DNA of 58,781 nucleotides, from positions 64,001-122,781 of IMG/VR virus record IMGVR_UViG_2879469214_000007. One strand, 5' to 3'. Each line of letters starts with the position of its first letter. Position 1 is the first letter of the stretch. Made by a program: the position numbers and the translations under genes. Under the pieces are notes generated by a model. The model was not told the origin of the DNA and did not search any database. It saw only the letters and a list, made by a program, of their open reading frames with translations. Below are positions 39,231 through 49,364 of the stretch, piece by piece. Origin of the DNA: a virus (taxonomy: Duplodnaviria > Heunggongvirae > Uroviricota > Caudoviricetes).

Positions 39231-39782
39231 TTAAATTTGCTCTAATCTTGCTTCAATGATTTGTTTTTTCTTATCTGCCGCGCCCGATTCATCGGCTACT
39301 ATAAGCAGGAAGTTTAATTTTCTCTTGTCGGTCATTTTACCAACCTCGGATTCAAACCTTTTCCAGTGTAAGCCTAACAATTCGGTAGCTTCTTCTTTAG
39401 TCATTTTTTCATCTTCAACTACTTTAGGTGTCTCTGCAATTGGCTCCGTTACACTTACGGGCTTACCACCTAAATCAATAGGTGCAACCTCAATAGGTTT
39501 TGGAGCGTCAAGCACTACATGCTCATTCTTCTTTCCGTTAGCTTTAGTTGTTTCAAGCTTTTTCACGGCAATATCGTTCATCTTGAGGGGCTTCGCTTCA
39601 ACGACATTATTGTTGACTTGAATCATCCCTCTTCTATGAAAAATCTTTAAATCCTCAACCGTTTTTTCTGGATGCCTTGCAGGGTCAACCACCGTAGTTG
39701 TTCCGTGTAATAATGTTAGAACGCCGCTGATAATAATTCGTCCACTCTCATTGATAGCATTAAATTTCTTATTCCAATCCAT
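39231..39782 (-). CDS. Hypothetical head-module protein
   Basis: 183-aa ORF with SD GGGAGAGG, following the capsid gene. Confidence 0.6.
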   Translation of the reverse strand: MDWNKKFNAINESGRIIISGVLTLLHGTTTVVDPARHPEKTVEDLKIFHRRGMIQVNNNVVEAKPLKMNDIAVKKLETTKANGKKNEHVVLDAPKPIEVAPIDLGGKPVSVTEPIAETPKVVEDEKMTKEEATELLGLHWKRFESEVGKMTDKRKLNFLLIVADESGAADKKKQIIEARLEQI

Positions 39783-39810
39783 AAGTAAAATACCTCTCCC
39801 TATTAGTAAT

Positions 39811-39852
39811 AAAGACCATCACTCCCCCAAGCAAAGTTGAGGGGGATGGTCT
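39811..39852 (-). terminator. Hairpin/terminator after the major capsid gene
   Basis: AGACCATC..CCCCC / GGGGG..GATGGTCT inverted repeat followed by TTT. Confidence 0.6.
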
Positions 39853-39874
39853 GTTATAATATAATTATATTATA

Positions 39875-40771
39875 TTAAAATTCCAATTTAGCTACAGCTT
39901 TTTTGTCGATGCAAGCAAATCCGATTTCTTCCCAAGCAAGTACACCGTTACGAAGACGACGAATTGCAGTAGGGTCATCGTATGTTGTAAGCTCTGTACG
40001 GACAGGCATTACACCATAGCGAGTTGTATCGAACAAGTACACTTCATCATCGCCCAATGTGCGAAGCTCATGCAATTGAACATTCCAAATTTGGTTCAAT
40101 CCGCCGGCTTGGAAAATCTCACGCTGAGTTACTGGGTCAAGTGTAGTGTAAGTCCAGTCACGGATGTCTTTTGCACGAGTAGGTGAGCAATAGATATCAG
40201 TAGCGTTATAACCCGTTTTTGTCATGTAGGTAATCAAATCATTGAAAGCTTTCTTAGAAAGATTAGTTTCAGTAGTTGTTACCGTGTTAGCGCTGTCGAT
40301 GGAAGCGCGAATTACTGCCCAACCAGAAGCTTCTTCTGCTTTAACAAAAGATTCAGCCAGTTTCTCAAGAGCACGCTCTACGATATTGAAACGACCGTCA
40401 CGCACGAAGGAAAGTTTCCATTCTACGCTATTTGCAACCTCAAAAGTAGGAACGATTAGAGAATCGCCAGTTACTAGGTTTTGAGGTACAGCACCAAGGC
40501 GTGGCATAACGATTGCTGTCTCAATGTCATCTAGGTCGATTGGGTATTCAGCAAGGGCACCTGCTGGAAGCACATCAACTGCGAAGATATCACGAACCGA
40601 AGTTTGTGGAGGGATACTTTTCAATACTGGAACGCTTAAGCTTGCCGCAAAAGCTGTCCTCAATTGCTCATTGTCCGCTGTTGCTTTGAAATCAGCAAGG
40701 AACTGTGTAAGTTGCTCTGCTTCTAACTTCTGGTTAGCGGAATCATGAGCTAACGAAATTTTGTAATCCAT
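39875..40771 (-). CDS. Major capsid protein (HK97 fold)
   Basis: 298 aa after the scaffold and decoration genes. Contains VRDIFAVDVL..AEYP, an FEVANSV segment, and GVLAWEEIGFA at the C-terminus. Confidence 0.85.
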   Translation of the reverse strand: MDYKISLAHDSANQKLEAEQLTQFLADFKATADNEQLRTAFAASLSVPVLKSIPPQTSVRDIFAVDVLPAGALAEYPIDLDDIETAIVMPRLGAVPQNLVTGDSLIVPTFEVANSVEWKLSFVRDGRFNIVERALEKLAESFVKAEEASGWAVIRASIDSANTVTTTETNLSKKAFNDLITYMTKTGYNATDIYCSPTRAKDIRDWTYTTLDPVTQREIFQAGGLNQIWNVQLHELRTLGDDEVYLFDTTRYGVMPVRTELTTYDDPTAIRRLRNGVLAWEEIGFACIDKKAVAKLEF

Positions 40772-40810
40772 TTATATTTTACTCCTTTATAGTAGTTTTA
40801 TATTCTAAAA

Positions 40811-41230
40811 TTAGACTAGGGCTTTGATGCGAATTTCATCGCCGTTTGCCGCATTACCAACAGTTTCGGCTTCCGCTACAGCGTTACCAGATGCAGTTGC
40901 AGTCATCTTACCGCCTGCACCAGCGTAAAGCTTAGTTCCCGGTACAGTGATGTTTCCAACAAACATGTCAGTCAAGAACACGCCACCGCCGAAGTAAACG
41001 CCCACTTTGTCGCCAACGCGAGCTTGGTGAGTTACGGAATCCAATTTGTAGTTGTCTACATTAGCCGCGATTACATCTTGAGCTACGAAACCAACTACTG
41101 CATCACCAGCACCAGCGGCGATAACTTTACCTACATTTGCAGGGTCAAGTTTTACTAGCTGACCTTGTTTAAGCTCTACATCGGATGCTAGGTATGGGTT
41201 GATTTTTCCTGCTAATACCTCTTTAATCAT
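40811..41230 (-). CDS. Capsid decoration/cement protein
   Basis: Small Gly/Ala-rich beta protein (GQLVKL, VVGFV, GDKVGV) between the scaffold and capsid genes. Confidence 0.7.
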   Translation of the reverse strand: MIKEVLAGKINPYLASDVELKQGQLVKLDPANVGKVIAAGAGDAVVGFVAQDVIAANVDNYKLDSVTHQARVGDKVGVYFGGGVFLTDMFVGNITVPGTKLYAGAGGKMTATASGNAVAEAETVGNAANGDEIRIKALV

Positions 41231-41268
41231 TACTGTTTGTCCTCCTGTTATAAAATAATTATATTATA

Positions 41269-43095
41269 TTATTGTCTTGCTAAATGTCCGAACGGACGAA
41301 CTTCCTTGGCGCTTTCAGCTTCGATATTAAGTCCAGCAGAAGCTTTTGCTCCTTCAACTACAATATCTTCTTCAACTACCTCTTCTGATGCTGTGGCTTC
41401 CTCAGCTTCCTGAGTTTCCCCTACAGAAGCAACTGCATTCTTCCCAGCAACCTCCATTAGAAGTTCCTTATGGTCAGCGTAGTCTTCGTTAGACATGGAT
41501 TTAAGTTTTGCCGATTCTTTTTCAAGGCGGCTACCAGTAAACTCGATGCCAGATTCTTTCAAGTCAGCCAAGCGGCTAGCCAATGTTTTCTCAAGTGCAA
41601 TTTCGCCAAGCTGAGATTTCATAGCTTCAAGTTCTGACTTAAGGGATGCATTCTCTTGCTTAAGGGCTTCTAATTCTGCATTAGATTCCGAAGCAACTTT
41701 TTTCTTGGATTTAGGCTTTTCATCTTTGCCTTCATCCTCAGCACCACCATCTTGGTCTTCCTTGTCTTCCTTAGCGGCTTCTACTTCCTCTACAGTTTCC
41801 TCAACTGTTTCAGTCGCTTCGGCGTTCTCAACTACATCTTCAACAACTTGTGTTGCTTCTGCGTTTTCTACTACCTCAACCGTTTCTTGGTTTGTATCTT
41901 TCAACTCATTAACCTCCGTTTCTTGTATTTCTGTAACACCTGAAATATCAATTCCTATTTCATCATTACAAACGAACTTAGCCTTTAGCGTTTTAAAGCT
42001 ATCAGGATGGTTCAAAGAATAATCTACTAAGTCATATGTCACATAATCTTCTTCGACCGATGTTAAATATGCTTCTGCTATTCCTTCATTTGATGCGTAT
42101 ATGATATTCAGTTTTTCTTGGATGCTTTCTCCAAGAGGATTTACACTAGCGAACCCTACTGAATAGGAATTGTTAATAGATGCAATTTCTGATAAGAGCG
42201 TGTTCACCGTATTACGAATCTCTACAAGCATCTGTTCTTTGGTCTGAATGCTCTCTTTGTTGAATTTAGACACCACCGAACTCTTCGCCTTATCAAATGC
42301 TTTGATATATTTAGCGATTGCAGTGACGCTAACATCTTCTTTGGTTTGGGTTTTTCTTGTGAAGTCATTCACTTGCCTAATTATCTCAGCGGCTTTTTCA
42401 GAAGGGATATACCCGTCTTCATCAAAGGCTGAGTTAAAATAATCAGAAAGCAACGCTTTGGTTTCCTGACTGTCTAAGCTGTTTTCCTTTGCATAATCCA
42501 AGACATTTGCAACTGATAGAAAAACTGCTCTCTTGTCAGCCGGATTAGCCACTACGCCAACCCCACCAAAGATAACCTCTTTGAAAATTCGTGCTACCTT
42601 TTTGCCCATGTACTCTCTGCCGACATACGGGATAATCCCCATTTTCTCAGCTTGTTCATTATCAAAAATCTGGTCGCCCACTTTGTAGTTGGCATCCTTG
42701 TAATAGCACTCCATCGAAAGCCTTAACCCACCAGAAGAAGCCTTTTCTTTAATCTGGCTGGCGAGTTCAGGGTAAATAAATTTCCATACAACGCCTGTTG
42801 CTTCGATGTACCCAACTCCCATTGGGTCTTCTCTGTATACGCTATCCAGAATAGTTCCGATGATTGGCTGTCCATGTTCCCAGTTCACAGGCTTATTCTT
42901 TGGCGTAAATTGTGCTTCTTTTAAAACCTCGTTGCTGAAAGTATCGCCATTGGCGTTCTCTACTGCATGACACATGATAAAGCGCAAATGCATTAAATCA
43001 GGGTCAAGCTGAGGGATTTCCTCATAAGAACCAACGGCGACTTCAACTTCGAGCTTTTTGTATCCAGAAGCTAATAAAAAATCTTTTGAATCCAA
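41269..43095 (-). CDS. Prohead protease fused to an acidic coiled-coil scaffold
   Basis: NANGDTF, VNWEH, LSMEC and FGGVGVVANPAD motifs; Glu-rich C-terminal coiled coil. Confidence 0.75.
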   Translation of the reverse strand: MDSKDFLLASGYKKLEVEVAVGSYEEIPQLDPDLMHLRFIMCHAVENANGDTFSNEVLKEAQFTPKNKPVNWEHGQPIIGTILDSVYREDPMGVGYIEATGVVWKFIYPELASQIKEKASSGGLRLSMECYYKDANYKVGDQIFDNEQAEKMGIIPYVGREYMGKKVARIFKEVIFGGVGVVANPADKRAVFLSVANVLDYAKENSLDSQETKALLSDYFNSAFDEDGYIPSEKAAEIIRQVNDFTRKTQTKEDVSVTAIAKYIKAFDKAKSSVVSKFNKESIQTKEQMLVEIRNTVNTLLSEIASINNSYSVGFASVNPLGESIQEKLNIIYASNEGIAEAYLTSVEEDYVTYDLVDYSLNHPDSFKTLKAKFVCNDEIGIDISGVTEIQETEVNELKDTNQETVEVVENAEATQVVEDVVENAEATETVEETVEEVEAAKEDKEDQDGGAEDEGKDEKPKSKKKVASESNAELEALKQENASLKSELEAMKSQLGEIALEKTLASRLADLKESGIEFTGSRLEKESAKLKSMSNEDYADHKELLMEVAGKNAVASVGETQEAEEATASEEVVEEDIVVEGAKASAGLNIEAESAKEVRPFGHLARQ

Positions 43096-43108
43096 AGCTC
43101 ACACCACC

Positions 43109-45334
43109 TTAGTTAAATTCTAATGTGCATCGGCAACCACTATGGGGTCTAGGTGGGACATCTTCTATGGCGAACGCCCTCCCGTGAAGCCCCTTGCATG
43201 TTGCACAAGTTCTATCGTCAATATGGGCAATCCAAGTGGCATTGATTTTTCCAATGGCTTGATTACCAATGATTTGAGCTTGTCTCACTGATTCGATGAT
43301 TCCGGCTTGAGACATAAGGCTTACTCTGAACTTGTTCGACTGAAACACATCATTGACGGCATCGGTGATAGACTTACCGCTAGAAAGCGCCTGAGCAATC
43401 TCTTCGTTGATATCATGTGAAAGCTTGGAAACATAGCTGTCATTCCAATCTTTCAAGTCTCTTTTCATAACAACAGACTTTGCAATTTCCCTCTCAGAGA
43501 AGTGCGAGATTTCATCGTTGAAAATGTCTTCGATGTGCTTTGTGCCAATGATGCCAAAAGTCTTGAACAAGGCGATTATCGCACTTGCTACAATTACCTT
43601 TTTCACTCGTTCATCTTCCTCTTCGTGCTCATGCAGTAATGCAATGATTTCCTCTTGGATAGATGAATATTGTGATATCAGCTCACTCGCATAATCTTCT
43701 TCTGCTTTTGCATAAGATGCTGTTGCCTTGCTAGTTTTGGAAGGTTCTCCCTTATTTTTTTCAGGTGAAGTCTCTCTGTCTTCAATCTTCTTGCCGGGAC
43801 CGGCTGGACGACCGGAATCGTTAGGTCCGCTGTTTCCCCCTTGGAACGGCTGTTCTGGTGGAAGGAACAAGTCTTTTGTTCTCTCGTTGCGTTTCTTCAT
43901 ATCGACTACAGAGTGGAAATCTCTTCCTACCTCAGTGAGAATGTCTTCTTCATCAATCAATCCCCTGTCGTACATAGCCAACAGAACATCTCTGATGTAA
44001 GTGTCCTCACGAAGATTCATTTTGTTAAACCTAACTCTTGGATAGGTCTTAAATCCGTTTTCATCGGCAATCCTTTTGTACTCAGATTCGAGCCAGTGCT
44101 TAACTTTGGCACGAGCATTATCTAAGCGTTCAATAAAGGAAAGCATAGAAATCCATGAGCTTGATGTGTTGCTTTGACTACCGTTACCACCGTCAAGCAG
44201 TATGCGGCTTACGCCAAGTCCAGACAGGATATCTTCATTGACTTGCTTGTACTTGTCAGCAGTCAAAGTATCCAAACCTTCCGGCTTATGGAACTGAACC
44301 TTTAAGGTATGATTCCAAAATACGGTGTAAGCTTTATTTGGCGTTTGGAATAACTCAGCAATTGCTTTCAAGTCCTCGTCAGTAGCGGGATAATCCTTAT
44401 CGCCCACCGTCACTGTAACCAACTGGTTAACCAAGCCTTCAATAGTAGACATGTCCATCAATCTAAGCTTTGATTTAAACATTACGGGTTCGAAGATTCT
44501 CTCAAGGAATGGGGAAGCGTAGCGCTCGTAATCCATTTTCTTGCGGGTAATTCTTGAAGTGTAATCGGGGTTAAGTGTTGCGAAGTTTTCTCCTGACCTT
44601 GCATCTCTGATTAGCTCTGTAGGGATATCGACCAAATAATTATTCGGGCTTTCAGGGCTATTAATCATGTTTTGAAGCTCTTTGGATAACTTAAGCTGTA
44701 TTAACTCTTTCCCAAATACCATACTACCGTTCACATAAACATTCATCGGGTTTAGGATAGTGTAGCCGGATGGGAAATTATATTCTTGAATATCAATTTC
44801 AATATTTGTTGCCGCCTTGGTTGTTTTTCTTTTCTTCACCTTGGCATTATTTTTGCTTCTGTAGATAGTTACATTACCTGAGCGGTAATATTCTAGGAAG
44901 ACCTTTTCAAGAAGTTCATTGACATTGAGTTCTTCACTCCACTTATCAAAGACTTTCTTTACTTCTGCATCGTCGCATTCATTAGTGAATCCGCTAGAGC
45001 TGAAATCAACCATCATATCTATTACAGCGCCAATAATTGGCTCCTTGTAATACATGTCGATTGCAAGTTGAATCTTCTTATGCGGGTCAATCGGTAGACC
45101 ATTATACACTTGCGTATAAGGCGTATCGTTCGAAGTAAAGCCGTAGCTGTCTAGTCTTCTAGTAGAAGGGTCAAAGCGGTTCATGACGCTACCAGTGCCA
45201 AGTTTAATTCCGCTCTTTTCAAGCTCGTTCACCATGTTTGAGCTATCAAGTGAGAATGTCACTTCTTTTCTTCCTTCGCCTAAATCTGCCGTTGAAACGA
45301 TGTTGCTATTTGCTTTTTTAATCTCTTCTTCCAT
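43109..45334 (-). CDS. Portal protein with a C-terminal MuF/SPP1 gp7-like domain
   Basis: Follows terL. Contains IGAVIDMMVDF and EEYYRSGNV-like segments, and ends in IDDRTCATCKGLHG..PHSGCRC. Confidence 0.8.
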   Translation of the reverse strand: MEEEIKKANSNIVSTADLGEGRKEVTFSLDSSNMVNELEKSGIKLGTGSVMNRFDPSTRRLDSYGFTSNDTPYTQVYNGLPIDPHKKIQLAIDMYYKEPIIGAVIDMMVDFSSSGFTNECDDAEVKKVFDKWSEELNVNELLEKVFLEYYRSGNVTIYRSKNNAKVKKRKTTKAATNIEIDIQEYNFPSGYTILNPMNVYVNGSMVFGKELIQLKLSKELQNMINSPESPNNYLVDIPTELIRDARSGENFATLNPDYTSRITRKKMDYERYASPFLERIFEPVMFKSKLRLMDMSTIEGLVNQLVTVTVGDKDYPATDEDLKAIAELFQTPNKAYTVFWNHTLKVQFHKPEGLDTLTADKYKQVNEDILSGLGVSRILLDGGNGSQSNTSSSWISMLSFIERLDNARAKVKHWLESEYKRIADENGFKTYPRVRFNKMNLREDTYIRDVLLAMYDRGLIDEEDILTEVGRDFHSVVDMKKRNERTKDLFLPPEQPFQGGNSGPNDSGRPAGPGKKIEDRETSPEKNKGEPSKTSKATASYAKAEEDYASELISQYSSIQEEIIALLHEHEEEDERVKKVIVASAIIALFKTFGIIGTKHIEDIFNDEISHFSEREIAKSVVMKRDLKDWNDSYVSKLSHDINEEIAQALSSGKSITDAVNDVFQSNKFRVSLMSQAGIIESVRQAQIIGNQAIGKINATWIAHIDDRTCATCKGLHGRAFAIEDVPPRPHSGCRCTLEFN

Positions 45335-45394
45335 GTAACTCTCTACCCCCTCTCTCTCTTATATATTTAGGAAAACATCGTAAAAACTCCCCAC

Positions 45395-47029
45395 TTATCG
45401 ACCATTTAAGTAGGAAGTTGATGCAAAACCTCTCGCTAGTTTTTTTACTGGCGGTCCGGCTAATTCTCTTTGCAGTTCCCTTGCTCCTTGACAAGCTAGC
45501 AGGAATGCAGAATATCTATCTTTTTTCATCCTTTGTTTTGGCGTATCGAAGTGATGGAAGCCGTTTTTCAAAGGAGTCGTTACAATGGTCATTGTCTCTT
45601 GAATCATTTCTTCAATTTCTGAAAAGATTATTTCGTACTTCCTCTCATGGGTCGGTGGCTGTGATGGAATAAGGATTTTCCTTTGCTCCAAATCAGCTCT
45701 CAAGTCGAAATTCATAGAGTTAATAGATTGTGAAGAGAACACTTGCATTCTTAAGATGCGTCTGCCCGACATGTACTGCATTTCTTCATCGTCCATGTCA
45801 ATAAGCGCTGGCTCCGATTTGTATTTTTCAGTCGTCGGGTCATACCAAGCATATTCTTCTGCCAAGTAGTCTTTTAATGTCTGACCACCACCGCCGTTAT
45901 CCATGTGAATACGAACGACTTCGCCGCCGTTTTGCTCATACTCTCTCAACTTGGTTCGTATGAACTCATGCATCTGAGGGAATGTATTTCTATTCAGTGA
46001 GTAACAAGCGACAATTTTATTAGGCGGACCAAGACGCAATACCACAAGGGCGAAGTTATCTCCACTACGGGCAGGGTCAATGCCGAATACATATTTAGCG
46101 CCCTTTTCTCCCTCTGGCTCAATGATTACAGAAGTCTTACGACCGCCATTGACCAAGTTTGCTGGGAAGAATCCGTCTGAATCCGGTGGGAATAAGCATA
46201 GATACTCCATCTGGAATTGAAGCTCTGTCATGGACTCTTTCGCCATCTGAATAATGGCTTTATCCATCCAGTTGTCAGGCATATCGTCTACCGTGTAGAC
46301 ATGCAATCCATAGTTGGGGTCATAGTCATTGCCAAGCTTGTTCGACTTCGATTGGTATTGAAGGTATTTTTGATACAGGTGGTTGAATTGGTAGTACGCA
46401 GAACTTGCCATTACTAAGTGGTTTTTACGACCAGATGTATCGAAGGGGTCTTGTCGGGTGTTCATCATCGGGATAATAACGAGTGAAATAATGTCTTCTG
46501 GAATTTGGGCAACCTCGTCCATTACCAGAGTATTGGCGCGAGCACCACGAATTTTCTGCCCGTCACCAAGAGGATAGGCGATTATCTTAGAGCCGTTGTC
46601 TAAGTGCATCTCACATGAGTTTGGACCTTTGGAGGGGTCTTTTTCACAAGCCTGTCGCAAGAGCGGGGATTCGTCCCAAAACTTTATGATTTCGTCAAAC
46701 GTAAATTGCGCCTGACGGTAGGAGCTGGATGCTACAACGCATTTTTCGCGGGGATATAACATTGCCTTAAGTACACAGTAGAGGGCAAGCAAGAATGTCT
46801 TACCGCCACCACGAGTTAAGATTAGTAGGTTAAATTGATGATTCCATAAGCCTTTAATAATCAACCTTTGGTGAACCGCTAACCTACAGGGTTTGTCATT
46901 CCTGACCAGCAGTTTTGCCGCCGCAAAGTCAGGATTCTCAATGAAGAACTCAACCATTTGCCTTTGTTCATCAGATAAAGAGGTAATGTCTTTACCGATG
47001 AAATCAAGGTTATTCTTCTTCGATGCCAT
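45395..47029 (-). CDS. terL: Terminase large subunit
   Basis: Walker A TRGGGKT, IRGARA, Walker B VMDEV, nuclease GIDPARSGD, and KDRYSA. Confidence 0.93.
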   Translation of the reverse strand: MASKKNNLDFIGKDITSLSDEQRQMVEFFIENPDFAAAKLLVRNDKPCRLAVHQRLIIKGLWNHQFNLLILTRGGGKTFLLALYCVLKAMLYPREKCVVASSSYRQAQFTFDEIIKFWDESPLLRQACEKDPSKGPNSCEMHLDNGSKIIAYPLGDGQKIRGARANTLVMDEVAQIPEDIISLVIIPMMNTRQDPFDTSGRKNHLVMASSAYYQFNHLYQKYLQYQSKSNKLGNDYDPNYGLHVYTVDDMPDNWMDKAIIQMAKESMTELQFQMEYLCLFPPDSDGFFPANLVNGGRKTSVIIEPEGEKGAKYVFGIDPARSGDNFALVVLRLGPPNKIVACYSLNRNTFPQMHEFIRTKLREYEQNGGEVVRIHMDNGGGGQTLKDYLAEEYAWYDPTTEKYKSEPALIDMDDEEMQYMSGRRILRMQVFSSQSINSMNFDLRADLEQRKILIPSQPPTHERKYEIIFSEIEEMIQETMTIVTTPLKNGFHHFDTPKQRMKKDRYSAFLLACQGARELQRELAGPPVKKLARGFASTSYLNGR

Positions 47030-47693
47030 TATCTTGCACTACTTCATATTCAGCATCAATCGTATGTGCTTCGCGCTCTTTTTTCTGAGCAAGAAAACGA
47101 GCTTCTTCCTCTTGCTGAGCTTTCAAGTCATCTTGTAGGCTTCCGTTCATCAATTCTCTTGCGAACTGTTGAGCAAGCGTACCAATACTGATTGTGTTTG
47201 ATTTCTCGTTTTGGTTGAGCCTTTGTCTTCTTAATGCACCCAAGTTATCTAAAGCACGGTTAAGGCGACCAGTGCATTCAGAAAGGGGTCTGTCGATGGT
47301 ATCAGCCAATGATGGCTTCTCTGCTAGCTTCACTTGGAGACGGAAATAAATTACTTCCTCCATCAACACTTGATGCAAAGTTATTTCATCTGCTGAGCCG
47401 TTAATGTCATAGTCTTTCAGGTACTCTTCTCTACGGGAGAAATACAATTCCTGTTCATCTTCATTCAGGATTCTTCGTACATATCCACCATGTTTCGTAG
47501 GAGAAACATCCCCGGCATTCCTGCCAGCTTGTAAGTTTGCCAATGATTTCATCTTCCCTTCTACGGTCTTAGGACCGGTTAGATTTTTTGCTTTATAAGC
47601 TACCTTTTCATCGCTGGTGAAAATGGGAGTTTTCTTCCACTCCTTGCTTGCTACTTCTGCAATTTCATCCGGCGTTAATTTTCTTTTTGTCAT
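47010..47693 (-). CDS. terS: Terminase small subunit (putative)
   Basis: Overlaps the terL start; TGPKTVEGK..SLANL and TKHGGY motifs. Confidence 0.7.
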   Translation of the reverse strand: MTKRKLTPDEIAEVASKEWKKTPIFTSDEKVAYKAKNLTGPKTVEGKMKSLANLQAGRNAGDVSPTKHGGYVRRILNEDEQELYFSRREEYLKDYDINGSADEITLHQVLMEEVIYFRLQVKLAEKPSLADTIDRPLSECTGRLNRALDNLGALRRQRLNQNEKSNTISIGTLAQQFARELMNGSLQDDLKAQQEEEARFLAQKKEREAHTIDAEYEVVQDNGIEEE

Positions 47694-47757
47694 TCATAAA
47701 CCTCCCTTTTCTTACACTTTCAGAGCATCGTAAAAAATGCTGTCGTTTGTCCTTGCG

Positions 47758-47793
47758 CTTCTGATAATATTTGTTTTATATTATTATCAGAAG
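47758..47793. promoter_or_regulatory. 12-bp perfect inverted repeat upstream of the recombinase gene
   Basis: CTTCTGATAATA-N12-TATTATCAGAAG, overlapping a candidate promoter (TTGCGC 47753, TATATT 47777). Confidence 0.55.
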
Positions 47794-47815
47794 TTAAAAC
47801 AAGGAGGAATTTTCC

Positions 47816-48646
47816 ATGAAAGCACACATCGAAGAGTACCTGAATTTCCTTAAAGCAGAAAAAAACTGCTCAAAAAACACCCTCAGAGGATATCGGGTAG
47901 ATATTGAACAGTTTGCTAATAAACAAGGAATTACGTCTCTTGAGCAAATCTCTAAACAGGCGATTCGTGCTCACATTGCATCGCTTGTAGAAAACGGAAC
48001 AGCCGCTTCTACTAGAAACCGCAAGCTTACTTCTATTCGCTCATTCTGTAACTACCTGTTTGGTGAGGGTTATATTGCAAGCAATCCTGCAATCTCAATC
48101 CAATATGCCAAAATCGACAAGAAGCTTCCGAAGGTAATGAGTGTTAGCCAAACATTAGAATTTATTGATTCAGCAGATAATTTGAGAGATAAAGCCGCGA
48201 TGGAGACTCTTTATGGAACAGGGGCACGAGTTGAGGAACTGGTCAACATCAAATTGACTGACATTGATTTTGAACAGTCTCTTGTTCGTCTATTCGGAAA
48301 AGGCGGAAAGGAAAGAATCGTTCCTATTTCTGGTGCGGCGATTGAGGTAATCAAGGCTTATCTTGAAACCAGAGAAAGTGCTAGCGAATATCTCTTTGAA
48401 AGCCCTGTTCTTAAGGGTAGACCTATTTCAACAAGAGCCATGTATAACATCACAATTAAATATGCTCAGCAAAGTCCGCACAAATTCCGTCACTCCGTTG
48501 CCACTCATTTGCTGGGGAATGGCATGGACATTCGTGAAATCCAAGAGCTATTGGGTCACGAGAATATCAATACAACTACGGTATACACTCAAGTTGCTGT
48601 AGAACAAATGGCTAAGGGGTTTCATCGTGCCCACCCAAGGGGGTGA
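47816..48646 (+). CDS. XerC/XerD-family tyrosine recombinase
   Basis: Complete catalytic set: YGTGARVEE (R), GKGGKER (K), HKFRH (HxxR), LGH and TTVY (Y). Confidence 0.92.
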   Translation: MKAHIEEYLNFLKAEKNCSKNTLRGYRVDIEQFANKQGITSLEQISKQAIRAHIASLVENGTAASTRNRKLTSIRSFCNYLFGEGYIASNPAISIQYAKIDKKLPKVMSVSQTLEFIDSADNLRDKAAMETLYGTGARVEELVNIKLTDIDFEQSLVRLFGKGGKERIVPISGAAIEVIKAYLETRESASEYLFESPVLKGRPISTRAMYNITIKYAQQSPHKFRHSVATHLLGNGMDIREIQELLGHENINTTTVYTQVAVEQMAKGFHRAHPRG

Positions 48647-49262
48647 TGTTACTCCTTATGTTTTCAACACCACGCTTCTTTGCACGAGAAACATTTGCCT
48701 GATTAATCTGCAATTCTTCTGCAATGTTGTATTGCGTTTTATCATCAACATAGTACATAAGCAAGACTTCTCGTTGATGCGCGGTAAGCTTAAGCATTTC
48801 ATCTTCAAGCATTATTTTTTCAATTATGGTGTCTTCGTCAAAAGTCTTTTTGTCATCAATAAAATCGTAATAACTGTTCTTTTCTCCGAGCTTTCTCGAA
48901 TGCATGTCACTGTTTAATGAAAGGGCATCTAAGCTAATTGTTATCTTATCTTCGTCGAAGTAGTTCATTTCCTTGCGGTAGTAATTCCAGATTCCATTCC
49001 TTGTTCTGGACACCAAATGTCGCAGAGCGGAAGGGTCTTTTGCTTCATCATAATCATAAATTGCTTCCAGTAATTTTAGGTCAATCTGCTGGGTGATATC
49101 GTCAAACTCAACACCCTTATTTGCGAATTTCCTAGCCAATGCGTATCGGAATGGCTTAAGCTTTTCGTATATATAATTCACGGCGGAACTCTTCTCTTCT
49201 CTGCAAGAAGATTGTTGCGCTAATTTCACATTGTTGTTAATCTGTTTTTCGTTAATTTCCAT
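48612..49262 (-). CDS. Sigma-70 family RNA polymerase sigma factor
   Basis: Region 2-like (DDITQQ..LLEAIYDYD..SRTRNGIWNYYRK) and region 4 HTH (TQYNIAEELQINQANVSR). Confidence 0.88.
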   Translation of the reverse strand: MEINEKQINNNVKLAQQSSCREEKSSAVNYIYEKLKPFRYALARKFANKGVEFDDITQQIDLKLLEAIYDYDEAKDPSALRHLVSRTRNGIWNYYRKEMNYFDEDKITISLDALSLNSDMHSRKLGEKNSYYDFIDDKKTFDEDTIIEKIMLEDEMLKLTAHQREVLLMYYVDDKTQYNIAEELQINQANVSRAKKRGVENIRSNITPLGGHDETP

Positions 49263-49289
49263 ATATGACCTCCTTCCCTTTTGCCTGTC

Positions 49290-49364
49290 AAAATATTGCC
49301 AACCAAAATATTGCTAACCAGAATTTTGCCTAGCAGAATTTTGCCAACCAAAATATTGATAAGC
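49290..49364. repeat. Five tandem imperfect 15-bp direct repeats
   Basis: AAAATATTGCCAACC, AAAATATTGCTAACC, AGAATTTTGCCTAGC, AGAATTTTGCCAACC, AAAATATTGATAAGC. Confidence 0.9.

Noticed and set aside
45395-47029. Intein or intron in the terminase
   Set aside because: The ORF is continuous, of normal size, and has no intein or homing-endonuclease motifs.
47758-47793. Host-type dif site
   Set aside because: The arms and 12-nt spacer do not match the 11-6-11 dif layout or the B. subtilis dif sequence as recalled.
49290-49364. CRISPR or coding repeat interpretation of the 15-mers
   Set aside because: The repeats are contiguous with no spacers, and they are intergenic.
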